From positions 25,854,001-25,918,000 of the forward strand of contig OZ287758.1 of assembly GCA_965649765.1 (NCBI GenBank): a stretch of 64,000 nt of DNA. The letters are read 5' to 3'. The position numbers and the translations under genes were made by a program. Under the pieces are notes generated by a model. That model was not told the origin of the DNA. It did not search any database and saw only the letters and a program-made list of their open reading frames with translations. This DNA is from Bispira polyomma (taxonomy: Eukaryota). Shown piece by piece: positions 12,038-23,480 of this stretch (positions are counted from its first letter, which is position 1; each line of letters starts with the position of its first letter).

Positions 12038-12512
12038 NNNNNNNNNNNNNNNNNNNNNNNNNNNNNNNNNNNNNNNNNNNNNNNNNNNNNNNNNNNNNNN
12101 NNNNNNNNNNNNNNNNNNNNNNNNNNNNNNNNNNNNNNNNNNNNNNNNNNNNNNNNNNNNNNNNNNNNNNNNNNNNNNNNNNNNNNNNNNNNNNNNNNNN
12201 NNNNNNNNNNNNNNNNNNNNNNNNNNNNNNNNNNNNNNNNNNNNNNNNNNNNNNNNNNNNNNNNNNNNNNNNNNNNNNNNNNNNNNNNNNNNNNNNNNNN
12301 NNNNNNNNNNNNNNNNNNNNNNNNNNNNNNNNNACTAAAATNNNNNNNNNNNNNNNNNNNNNNNNNNNNNNNNNNNNNNNNNNNNNNNNNNNNNNNNNNN
12401 NNNNNNNNNNNNNNNNNNNNNNNNNNNNNNNNNNNNNNNNNNNNNNNNNNNNNNNNNNNNNNNNNNNNNNNNNNNNNNNNNNNNNNNNNNNNNNNNNNNN
12501 NNNNNNNNNNNN
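12038..12512. other. N blocks 12038-12333 (296 nt) and 12342-12512 (171 nt)
   Basis: Direct count. Confidence 0.98.
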
Positions 12513-13189
12513 TTTTTGCTTGATTTTGTACTGTGCTCCTTATTCTAAGAATGGTCATTGATTTTATAATAGAGTTGAACGGGAAAAAATCTTCCATTAG
12601 AGATTTTATTTGTGTTACAGTAAATAACATGTAATTCTGTCTGTAGGTTTTACAATGCAATCATTTGTCATTAGAGTGTCAATGTAATTATAGTGTAAAG
12701 CGGCATTCTGGTAATTTTATTAGAATTAATATGCAGGTTTTATTGTTGCATTTGAAGTAACAAAGTAACTTAATAAAGTTTAAACAATTGTTTGTTCAGC
12801 ATCAAAAGCTTTGAAAAAAAGTGTTAAAACATTTTAGATTTAAAATATTTTATTTCGAATTTCAAGGATGAGAAGTTATTATTTGAGCATTTATTATTAA
12901 CAAAAGATTCATTTAATTTCCATTAATATTTCCAGCTCATGGATTAAAAATGATTCCTGTTAAAAGCTGCCACCAATACTTGTGTAGAGCATTTTGCATG
13001 AAGAATGTGTGTAACTTTAATAAATGAACTGCCCTGTTGTGGTATATAAAGCAAGACATGTTTTGAGCGACTTTAATTTTTTTTTTATAATAAACAGCAC
13101 ATTTAATGTCCCTCATAATACATTTGGTTAAAATGTTAATAATTATCAATGTGTAATTGTTTTCTTCATAAAAAAACGTTCAGTTCAGC

Positions 13190-13850
13190 ATCAGAATCAG
13201 TTAACCATAGAAGAGATATGTTTAAAGCCTTTTCCAAATCCAGAAAGTCTTTCAAGTGATCTAACCTCAACTCGGAGACTAGCTACTCCATAACATAAGG
13301 ACATTAACCGAAAAAGCTCTGGATCCAGCGCACTTGGTAGGTTTTACAGATAAAGCAGTTTCTTTCCCCTTTTAAGATTGTTGAAGAGAAGGCGAGTAGC
13401 ACGTTACAAAGGCTGTTGAGAGACAACAGCTTTGTATGTGGTAACATAGACTTTAAGCAAAGTTAGCTAGTGAATAGGAAACCAATGAAATTATTTGAGG
13501 TATGGAGAGACTTTCGGTGCAGAGCCCAAATTACTCTACACAGACAGTTTTGAATGGACTGTAACTTGTTCATATTAAATTATGTAAGACCTTTTCACCC
13601 CAACCAGAAGGAAATTGAAGTAGTCGAGACCGTTACTTACAAGGGAGTTAGCCACAGTGATGGCAATATTTAGTGACGAAGTGATGCCTCATTATTTCAA
13701 TATCACGAATGTGGTAATAACATGAGCAACAAATGTTACTGCTGCATGTATCAAATGAAAAAGCGGAGTCATTAGTGATACCAAGGTTTTTGACGTTAAA
13801 AGAGGGCTGTCTATCATTGTCCAGTAGTGTAATAAGGAATATTGATATTA
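13190..13850 (-). pseudogene. Decayed L2-type ORF2 fragment
   Basis: Reverse strand reads VKNLGIT.DSAFSFD and AITVANSLVSN.LDYFN, collinear with the intact RT at 3756-5114 but with frameshifts. Confidence 0.7.
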
Positions 13851-13869
13851 TTATACAATACTAACGCGT

Positions 13870-14483
13870 GCTTCCTTTCTGCAGATTTTCATCAGATCCG
13901 ATCAGACGTCGGCTGACGTCTGTTTGCCCAACATTTTTTATCTATCAGTGAGGGGAAAAATCGGGAAAACTGACTGATTTTAAAACAAAAATGGCTACAA
14001 AAACACTGTCATAGGTATAGTTTTCATTTGATATATACTGAATATTTGTCGTATGTTAAAGTTGAAAATGGCTTGGGAAAGCTTATTTTATTGTGATTAC
14101 TGTGCTTTTTTCCCACCAATTCGTTAAGAAACGGCTCAGATATTTAGGTTTATAGAAAAGTACCCCATTTAACTTCCTCTTCTAGTGTGAGTAATACGTC
14201 ACATAACGTCATAATGACGTCAGTTTTGCAGCTACGACTAACACATAAGGAAGTAATAATGGTTTCCCTTTTTTTATTGTAAATATCTCAACTATTTCTC
14301 AACAGATTTTGATGCAATAAAAGGCACAATAATCACAATAACATTGGCTTTCGCGTGCTATTTTCCAACTCACCATCAGAATTTTGAGTGTATATCGGAT
14401 TAAAGGAAGCACAACGTCGGCCGACGTCGGATCGGATCGGACACCTTTAAATCGGCCGACGTCAGAATATGCTGAAAGGAAGC
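13870..14483 (+). mobile_element. Non-autonomous DNA element with GCTTCCTTT...AAAGGAAGC ends and GACGTC palindromes; shorter copies at ~52360-52706(-), 53412-53645(-), 55121-55380(+)
   Basis: Inverted termini and shared internal blocks across four copies; superfamily uncertain. Confidence 0.65.
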
Positions 14484-15644
14484 GTATGCTTAGTTGAACA
14501 GAATGAGACTTTTAGATGTTTTCTAAAACAGGAAATGCTCTTTGCTGTCCTGGTGTGGAGTGGGAGATTATATCAGAGATAAGGAGCCATATATATGAAT
14601 CAGTTTTCTCTAAATATTCATCATGTGAATATATGTTTATACACAAATATACACTAATTAGTGATTGATACAAGCAATATTATATTTTCAGTTTCATATT
14701 ATCTGGTTATAACTGGCTTACACCTGTTTATAATTGCTAGATATGTGCTTATTTATTAAATGATACTTAATATTACTATTATTATTATGCATTTTTGACG
14801 CACTTTATTGATGCCACAACATCTTCTAAAGCGCAACAACAGAATCAGTGAGCCAATCGTGGAGTTCATGGACGTAGCAAGGTCGTAAGAACTGGGAGGC
14901 TGTTCCATAGCCAGAAGGCTGCAATGGGGAAATCTCTTGATCCAGCCTTCCTGGTGGGTCTAACAGGCCAATGACTTACAAACTCTTTCTTTACAGAGTA
15001 AATATGAAACTGGACATTTATTCAAACACATTCTTATTTAAAAAAAAATAGAAAAATGATTCCAGACTTTACCATGCTGCAAGTGTTGTCTTAAGGCAAT
15101 GTTTGCTATGTTGAAATAGTGATTACGTACATTACATAATTGTATAATAATGCAGATGAGCCCTAAAAATGCATTGAGCTATAGTTTAAAGCATCCATAT
15201 GTTATATATGCATTAACATGACTTGTAACACTATTTAACACCCGCCACATGTCAACATTGTTTTTTTTGTTGTAATAATAACGTGCTCCCCCTCCTTCTT
15301 GGATGCAGTCTACACTGAATAAATAAAACATCACTCCAATTTTCATAATAATTACAGCTTCTTCACTGTCTCAACTTAAAATTTAAGTGCAAAGTTAACA
15401 CTAACCAAAGATCTTTTCTTAATGTCACAGGGAGTAAGACCAAAATCTTAACCCAAAATCTAAGACCAAAAACTTAAGCTTCACACAAAAATAAGACTAA
15501 GACCTTTGGTGAGTACTGCCCCTGCCAATGTCTCTACTTGGCAGTGTGTAATAAATACATAAATAATTATCATGCACTACTTATTCTAGAACTACTTTTT
15601 CAATATGGTGGACAGAACGGAGAGGGATTCTAGAATTTAGCCAA

Positions 15645-15855
15645 ACAAGAGTTGTCTTTTAAAAAATACAGTGTAAAATACACAAACGTTACTATGGCCA
15701 CTATATACTATATAATGATAAATCTGACACCCCCCTCAGTTTGGACAGGTCAATTGCTTCCAACTTACATACTATTTCTAAGATGGCGGCCCTCTTTTTA
15801 AATTGCGCTCCTTTTCAGAATAAAAACCACATCTGGCTGTTCTTGATAAAAAATA
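15645..15855 (+). mobile_element. Interspersed repeat starting aacaagagttgtc; copies at ~19138-19370(+), 48100-48275(-), 48600-48860(-), 58000-58350(+)
   Basis: Shared blocks cacagtgtgaaatacac, ctgacacccc.tcagtttgg, ttgcttccaa, aagatggcgg. Confidence 0.6.
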
Positions 15856-15889
15856 GTCAAATATTAAGTCAAGGTTGGTGTTTTTTTAC

Positions 15890-16142
15890 CTGCAGTCGTA
15901 CTGCCCAATCGTGTCGGCTGTTCCACTACTGCGACACACTTCATTTGTTGTTGCACATCTGTCTTCTCCATTCTCATTGGTGCAGCAGTTCTCCTCTGCG
16001 TTCATGTAGCAGATTGGTCTGCAGAGCTTTCCTATGTTAGTGACATTGCCATCTGGGGTGACTTCTTGATGGCAGTAGTAATCCCTTTCACAAACGTCAT
16101 CAATGGTGCAGGGATTTTGTGCTTCATGGACAAACGCTTCCT
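15890..16142 (-). CDS. Mucin Cys-rich/EGF-like exon (KEAFVHEAQNPCTIDDVCERDYYC...GQYDC)
   Basis: cttattcaacag| ... CAG|gtaaaa; 253 nt, phase 1-2; open frame with 10 Cys; its end forms the EGF C-x-C (CRC) with the next exon. Confidence 0.9.
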
Positions 16143-17249
16143 CTGTTGAATAAGAACAATATTTACTAATATTGCTTGCATGCTATACAATCTTAAGTCA
16201 TTTTGATAAACAATATAGCATCTTCATTATTAGATCTTCTATTGTTCAGATATTTAATTTTTTTATTTTATTTACATATTATTTCTCTATTTACTAACTT
16301 TATTGATACTAAAAAAAGTATCGCCGGGAACTATTTGCAGGAAATTTTTTGCAGTAATAGCTTACCAGAGTAGCTGGAGTCACTAAAACAAACACCACAG
16401 AGTACTTCCGGCATGCGATAACGGTCTGAAGTATAATTTTACTAAAAAAAGAACTCTACTGTACTGGTAACAATTGCAAGGAACTGAAGGAAAATCACAT
16501 AATATTTTGGGGTGTGGACTGCTTTCCGACAGACATAGGTTCTGGTTGTAACAAATGCTGTTGACTGTTATCCAAATAGCCTATGGGTTAAAAGGGTTAC
16601 TCAGGGCAATGGCTTCTGTAAAAAAAAAACCAAATTATTATTATGTATTTGTTACTATTTTGATGCCTGTACCACTTTCCAGTCTATTGAATAAATTGTC
16701 TACGTAGAAGTTTTGAAAATCACCTTGTTGCGTGGGAAACCCTATTTATAACGTCACTTAAGTTTAGCGTCCTTCCCAAACCTTGTGCAAAAACTTATCT
16801 GGTCAAATTTGAAGAGGTATATTTACTCTGGATGGAACAGCTGATTAAATAGGCGAAAAGACAAAGGTGAAGACATTCTGCCTACCCATACTGCCAATGT
16901 GTGAACAGGGCATAATTTCACAGCATAAACAACATATCAAATGCCAAAACTACGGAAGAGTATAAGGGCCAACTTTTTTTTAAAAGTTATCTCGATAAAT
17001 CGAGGTAATTAAGAAGAATTTTTTTTTTTTAATGGTCGAGATAATATCTCGATAAATCGAGATAATTTAAAGGAATTTTTTTTTTTGAATTGTTTAGATA
17101 ATATCTCGATAGATTGAAATAATTAAGGGGTATTTTTTAAAAAAAAATTTTTTGTATAATATATGTTATTTTTCAATATACAATAGTTTATGTAAATAAA
17201 ATGACAAATACTGACCAATTTTGTTGAAATTGACTTTTGTTGAAAGCCT

Positions 17250-17587
17250 GATTAACTACTTTTGACCCTAGCTATGACTGTTTCATGATTAACTACTTTT
17301 GACCTCTATGACCATTTGTGTCTGACCCTAATTAACAACTTTTGACCTGTATAACTGTTTCTGTCTCGCCCTAACTAACTACTTTGGACATCTATGACTG
17401 TTTGTGTCTGGCCCTAATTAACTACTTTGGACATCTATGACTGTTTGTGTCTGGCCCTAACTAACTACTTTGGACATCTGTGACTGTTTGTATCTCTCCC
17501 TAACTAACTACTTTGGACATCTATGACTGTTTGTGTCCTCACTCTAATTAACTACTTTGGACATCTATGACTGTTTGTTTATGACTG
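17250..17587. repeat. 43-bp minisatellite (~8 copies) next to an exon donor
   Basis: actttgg recurs at 17381, 17424, 17467, 17510 and 17554; copies decay leftwards. Confidence 0.9.
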
Positions 17588-17593
17588 CCTTAC

Positions 17594-17844
17594 TTTCTGC
17601 TGTAAATTCTGGGGAATTTATCACTTCATCAATGTAATCCTCATCGATGGGTCTGCCTCCCACGGTTGTATTACTTTGTTTCATCTGGGGCAAAGCTGTA
17701 ATCTCCACAAATTTGACGACGTCCTCAGCCAAGTTCCCTTGTAAAACAGCTTCAGTGCTGTAAGCAACTGTGTAGCTAGCGAGCCAGGAAAATCCTTCTG
17801 TCTGACGTTTTTGGCGATGATGCAGGTTTATTGGATTAACTTCT
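17594..17844 (-). CDS. Mucin SEA-like domain part 3 (EVNPINLHHRQKRQTEGFSWLASYTVAY...INSPEFTAE)
   Basis: ctatattccag| ... AAA|gtaagg; 251 nt, phase 2-1; lies inside ORF 17565..17915. Confidence 0.88.
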
Positions 17845-18537
17845 CTGGAATATAGAGTTTTAGTTTTATAAAGTTTTAGTTTTATGACTGTATATTTTGC
17901 AACAATGGACGCCATACAATGTGGGTTGCATAAAATATATTTTACTGTATTTGTAATGAATTTTTACCGCGCTCTATTGATGTATCTTCTGAAGCGCAAC
18001 AACAGAATCAATTAAACATTCGAGAAGTAAACAAAATATAGCCAGTTCATAAGGAAAGATGTGGGCATGTACAGAGAGGTAACTAAGGGGGTCAAGCAAG
18101 TCTGAAGAGATAGGTTTTAAGTTTTTTCCTGAATACAGGGAGTGTTTCTAGGGATCTAAGTATGGTTAGTTTATTAATTTAAGGTAAGTTTTAACTTTTT
18201 TTTTATTATTTTGTCATGTTAGAATAGGAATAACACACTCCAAACGATTTTTGTCTATCATAAACTCACTTAGCTGCCATGGTTCCCTGTATATACACCC
18301 CTACATCCTTCTTTACAACCAGGCTATCTTTTTTTGACTTCTCGATTGGTTAATTGAATCTAAGATGCCTCACATCAATAAGACACATTAAAAATGAAAA
18401 ATGCAATATATAAAGGGATTTCCACATGACACTCATTTGATTTGCCGCTGAGCTTGAGTTCTTTTGGAGAATACATCCGAACATCTTAAACTCAGACTCA
18501 AGCTTAAATCTAAGGTCAACATATCTCTGGCTGAATC

Positions 18538-18902
18538 AAGGGGAGATATACTTCCGAATCCGTCATCCGAACTCTGTTTCCGTCAACTCAAAAAAAATAA
18601 AATTGAGAAATAGAATACACCTGGTTGACAGCACCTCCGAATTGGGAGCCGAATTTTTTAAAATTGGTTAAAGACCGATTCTTTTTTTATGGCGGATGGG
18701 TATATGTAAATTTTATTGATTTTGTTAGTTTGGTGACGTTTTTATGTATGAAATGATATTGTTTCCCATGTGATATACATGTATGTAAATCGGCCAGTTT
18801 TTCTGATGTAGTGTATCTGCAAATTCGGACGTCGGATGACGGAAACGAACGTCGGATGACGGATTCTGAAGCAAAATCGGCCAGGTATATTCGCCCCTTT
18901 AA
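18538..18902. mobile_element. MITE with AAGGGGAGATATAC / GTATATTCGCCCCTT termini (possibly Kolobok-like), nested in an older repeat also seen at ~7590-7715 and 63655-63745
   Basis: Imperfect ~14-bp TIR, right end followed by TAA; the flanks rejoin into the uninterrupted 7590-7715 sequence. Confidence 0.55.
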
Positions 18903-19053
18903 ACCCAGATAAAATTTGACTACATATTTGAAGTCAGTGCTTAACTCCCTATTAAAATGAATGGTCACAAGCATAAGTTATTTTCATATACAATGTTTAG
19001 TGAATATCAGATAGCATTCTTTTTTTCTGGAGTAATTCGGTTACTGGTTTTAC

Positions 19054-19121
19054 CTTGTGAGATTAGTAATAACAAGTCCTTCAAACCCAAGATCCGAAGA
19101 AGGGTGGAAGATGAAGTGCAA
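19054..19121 (-). CDS. Mucin SEA-like domain part 2 (LHFIFHPSSDLGFEGLVITNLTR)
   Basis: ttaatttcag| ... AAG|gtaaaa; 68 nt, phase 0-2, exactly bridging the neighbouring exons. Confidence 0.85.
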
Positions 19122-19729
19122 CTGAAATTAAAAAAACGACAAGAGTTGTCTTTTAAAAATGACACAGGCGCACAGTGTGAAATACACTAACGTTGATATG
19201 GCCACAATATACTCGGGGACCCTAAGCTGTGTCTGGTAACAATAAATCTAACAATCATCAGTTTGGGGTCGATTGCTTCCAATCAATCCATAAAGGCCCT
19301 ACATATTTTCTGAGATGGTGGTACCATTTTCAGAATGAAACAAATATCAGGCGCTGCCTGATAAAAACCCAGATAGTATTAAACAACATGTACAGTTGAA
19401 CCTCCATATAAATGAAACCTCAAGGGACTAGGAGAAAGAATACTTATACTTATGGGTACGTTTTTCAGTTAACAGTGTATATATTTAAGGGAGAAAGTTC
19501 CTTTGAGGACTAGAGAGCTTTATCCAGATTGAAAAAAAGAAATTCACTAAACAAGTTCTACCTAAAAGCTTTTGACTGTACATGATCAAAAACAGGAATC
19601 ACAGAAGTTTCAATTACTGGTTTAATAATTTAACTACTGGTCATTAAATCAATACTACTTTTAGATGAAACCGTTCTCTATGTACAACTTCAGTTAGCCG
19701 AATGACAGTTACTAAAAAACACAGTTACA

Positions 19730-21723
19730 GTGGTCACTTCAGTAAAACCTCCATATAGTGAAGACTCACAGGACCCAGCCAAAGTGTTCACTACAGTAAA
19801 ACCTCCATATAGTGAACACTCACAGGACCCAGCCAAAGTGTTCACTTCAGTAAAACCTCTATGTGGTGAACACTCACAGGACCCAGCCAAAGTGTTCACT
19901 ACAGTAAAACCTCCATATAGTGAACACTCACAGGACCCAGCCAAAGTGTTCACTTCAGTAAAACCTCTATATGGTGAACACTCACAGGACCCAGCCAAAG
20001 TGTTCACTACAGTAAAACTTCCATATAGTGAACACTCACCAGACCCAGCCAAAGTGTTTACTTCAGTAAAACCTCCATATAGTGAACACTCACCAGACCC
20101 AGCCAAAGTGTTCACTACAGTAAAACCTCCATATAGTGAACACTCACAGGACCCAGCCAAAGTGTTCACTACAGTAAAACCTCCATATAATGAACACTCA
20201 CAGGACCCAGCCAAAGTGTTCACTACAGTAAAACCTCCATATAGTGAACACTCACAGGTCCCAGCCAAAGTGTTCACTACAGTAAAACTTCCATATAGTG
20301 AACACTCACCAGACCCAGCCAAAGTGTTCACTTCAGTAAAACCTCTATGTGGTGAACACTCACAGGACCCAGTCAAAGTGTTCACTACAGTAAAACCTCC
20401 ATATAGTGAACACTCACAGGACCCAGCCAAAGTGTTCACTTCAGTAAAACCTCTATATGGTGAACACTCACAGGACCCAGCCAAAGTGTTCACTACAGTA
20501 AAACTTCCATATAGTGAACACTCACCAGACCCAGCCAAAGTGTTTACTTCAGTAAAACCTCCATATAGTGAACACTCACCAGACCCAGCCAAAGTGTTCA
20601 CTACAGTAAAACCTCCATATAGTGAACACTCACAGGACCCAGCCAAAGTGTTCACTACAGTAAAACCTCCATATAGTGAACACTCACAGGACCCAGCCAA
20701 AGTGTTCACTACAGTAAAACCTCCATATAGTGAACACTCACAGGACCCAGCCAAAGTGTTCACTACAGTAAAACTTCCATATAGTGAACACTCACCAGAC
20801 CCAGCCAAAGTGTTCACTATAGTAAAACCTCTATATAGTGAACACTCACCAGACCCAGCCAAAGTGTTCACTACAGTAAAACCTCCATATAATGAACAAT
20901 CACAGGACCCAGCCAAAGTGTTCACTACAGTAAAACCTCCATATAATGAACAATCACAGGACCCAGCCAAAGTGTTCACTACAGTAAAACCTCTATATAG
21001 TGAACACTCACCAGACCCAGCCAAAGTGTTCACTACAGTAAAACCTCTATATGGTGAACACTCACAGGACCCAGCCAAAGTGTTAACTACAGTAAAACCT
21101 CCATATAGTGAACTCTCACAGGACCGAGCCAAAGTGTTCACTACAGTAAAACCTCTATGGTGAACACTCACAGGACCCAGCCAAAGTATTCACTACAGTA
21201 AAACCTCCATATAGTGAACACTCACAGGACCCAGCCAAAGTGTTCACTACAGTAAAACTTCCATATAGTGAACACTCACCAGACCCAGCCAAAGTGTTCA
21301 CTATAGTAAAACCTGTATATAGTGAACACTCACCAGACCCAGCCAAAGTGTTCACTACAGTAAAACCTCCATATAATGAACAATCACAGGACCCAGCCAA
21401 AGTGTTCACTACAGTAAAACCTCCATATAATGAACAATCACAGGACCCAGCCAAAGTGTTCACTGCAGTAAAACCTCTATATAGTGAACACTCACCAGAC
21501 CCAGCCAAAGTGTTCACTACAGTAAAACCTCTATATGGTGAACACTCACAGGACCCAGCCAAAGTGTTAACTACAGTAAAACCTCCATATAGTGAACTCT
21601 CACAGGACCGAGCCAAAGTGTTCACTACAGTAAAACCTCTATGGTGAACACTCACAGGACCCAGCCAAAGTATTCACTACAGTAAAACCTCCATTTAGTG
21701 AACAATCACAGGATCCAGCCAAA
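19730..21723. repeat. Intronic 54-bp tandem array (~37 units), each with an internal 11-bp inverted repeat; 9-unit higher-order structure
   Basis: Unit TACAGTAAAACCTCCATATAGTGAACACTCACAGGACCCAGCCAAAGTGTTCAC; diagnostic variants recur at 486/484-bp spacing. Confidence 0.97.
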
Positions 21724-21800
21724 ATTTTCCAAAATAAAACCGGACCTGGAATCATTGTTCTCTATTTGGAGGTGTTCACTAACGGAGGTTTTAAACTGTA
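21678..21800. mobile_element. Short TA|CAGT...ACTG|TA MITE (Tc1/mariner-pogo-type ends) closing the 54-bp array; similar element at 19391-19580
   Basis: Left TACAGTAAAACCTCCATTTAGTGAACA pairs with right TGTTCACTAACGGAGGTTTTAAACTGTA. Confidence 0.7.
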
Positions 21801-21959
21801 CACATAGAATAAATCAATGTCAACAAGATTCATTTGTTATTACTTGTGCTTTCAGAGCCTTTCGCAAAACAAAAAAAATCAGCGTTTTTCTCCTTGGGGC
21901 TTTTTTCCTTGATGGTCATTTTTCTCTATCTCTCATATTTATACTTGGATTATACTTAC

Positions 21960-22051
21960 AGTAGCCAGTAGATCACTTTCAACTTCTTGGCTGGTATCAC
22001 TTTGACTCCAATCAAACTGAATCGAAAGCTTGAATCTTATAACCTTCTCTT
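21960..22051 (-). CDS. Mucin SEA-like domain part 1 (EEKVIRFKLSIQFDWSQSDTSQEVESDLLAT)
   Basis: gttttgcag| ... ACT|gtaagt; 92 nt, phase 1-0; alternating hydrophobic strand followed by an amphipathic helix, as at the start of SEA domains. Confidence 0.85.
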
Positions 22052-22121
22052 CTGCAAAACATATATACATTGTATATACCATATATATTTTCTCTAAGAA
22101 AGGCCTCCTCTTTAATTACAT

Positions 22122-22402
22122 AGGGGCCGTATTCACAAAAAAATCTTAGTCTTAACTTAGTCTTAACTTAGTCTTAGCTTAGTCTTAGCTTAGTCTTAGC
22201 TTAGTCTTAACTTAGTCTTAAGCTTAAGATTTTGGTGTTTGTGTTTGGCCGAAAATTTCAATATTGTGGTCTTAGTCCCACAGACAAAAAGAAAAGATAT
22301 CTGCTTAATGTGAACTTTCTCTTAACACTAAGGCTAACAGGAGACAGTTAAGCTCAAGACTAAGTTAAAAGACTAAGAACTTTTTTTGTAAAAACCTCCC
22401 CA
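22122..22402. mobile_element. GGGCCGTATTCAC-type MITE with internal (CTTAGTCTTAR)n expansion
   Basis: Left TIR at 22123, degenerate right TIR, 11-bp tandem repeat at 22145-22222. Confidence 0.65.
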
Positions 22403-22870
22403 GATCACTAATTGCCAATATTTCAGAAGCCAGTACACTCAAATATAATGGGAAATCAGTGAATCCTACCCTCAGGCAGTGACAAAATCAAAATCTAATC
22501 TAGTCCAACTTTTATACCGCTTAATCTCTCCTTCTTATGACATTCTAAGGCGCAGACAGTATTCTTATTCAATTTTTCCGTTAGACAAGCATTATTATCG
22601 TTATGAATTCATTCAGCCACACCCATGTCTGGTATTCAAGGAATTAATTAACCTTTTTTTCTTGATTGCACAGGTACACAGCTGACCAACACCACTAGCT
22701 GAAAAAAGAGAGAAAGGCTTGAGGATGACTGTATTAAACTTTTTTAGCTTGCTGCTGGGAATATGTCTTCAGTATCGATAGGTGACCACCATTTTTAATT
22801 TAAGCGGTTCTCTGAGCCACCATGTCTCTGCCTATACCTAATAGAAAATCCCAGGGTTGAATCGAACCCT

Positions 22871-23187
22871 GGGGCCGTATTCACGAACAAGTGAAAAAAA
22901 AAATCACTTACTTACCAAAGTAAGTAAATTTTATCGAAGATTTCCTTAGAAGTGGTATTCACCAACAAGTGAAAAACTCTACTTACATAAGTTTTACTTA
23001 GAATCAAAGTTAGGAAAAAAATCTAAGGTACCTCTTCTGCTTACTTGAAATCTAAGTGAGTCTTATCTCCAAAGCAAGTAAGTTTTCTGTCATGAATACC
23101 ACTTGGATCTAAGTTAGTAAAATATAGCCACAATACTTGAAATCCAAGTTAGGAATAGGATTTCACTTGTTTGTGAATACCGCCCCA
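22871..23187. mobile_element. PIF/Harbinger-like MITE with GGGCCGTATTCAC TIR, inserted in a SINE fragment
   Basis: ctg|gggccgtattcacgaacaagtgaaa ... tttcacttgtttgtgaataccgccc|cag. Confidence 0.75.
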
Positions 23188-23435
23188 GGTCCTCAGCATG
23201 CCTATTTGAGTGTGTTACCACATGGCACAAGCCACAGTGACAAAAGCAAATCAATAGGTTTCAAAAGAGCACATTGTAAACGAGGTACATTACCTAAACT
23301 GTGTGATCCAACCGGCCATAGTGAAACATAAATAAATGCAACCCTACATATATCTTACCATTTCTTATCACCCAAATTACAATGTATCAAATGGGTCAAA
23401 TTTTTTGGACATTTTACTGTATTTTTAACACTTAC

Positions 23436-23480
23436 CTAGATCTGGTGGTATATAATCTTGAGGAGGTATAGGCGGTTTTT
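23436..23480 (-). CDS. Mucin Pro-rich linker exon (EKPPIPPQDYIPPDL)
   Basis: tattttacag| ... TAG|gtaagt; 45 nt, phase 1-1. Confidence 0.85.
   Translation of the reverse strand, partial: KNRLYLLKIIYHQI

Noticed and set aside
12018-12660. ORFs spanning N runs (also 57782-58066)
   Set aside because: Artefacts of translating Ns.
19690-21655. 493-aa and 477-aa ORFs on both strands of the 54-bp array
   Set aside because: A stop-free unit of 3n length is open automatically; 2-bp deletions near 21158 and 21642 break the frames; the unit derives from a MITE end; the flanking exons join without it.
19730-21723. CRISPR-like palindromic repeat array
   Set aside because: No unique spacers, no cas genes, and it lies in a eukaryotic intron.
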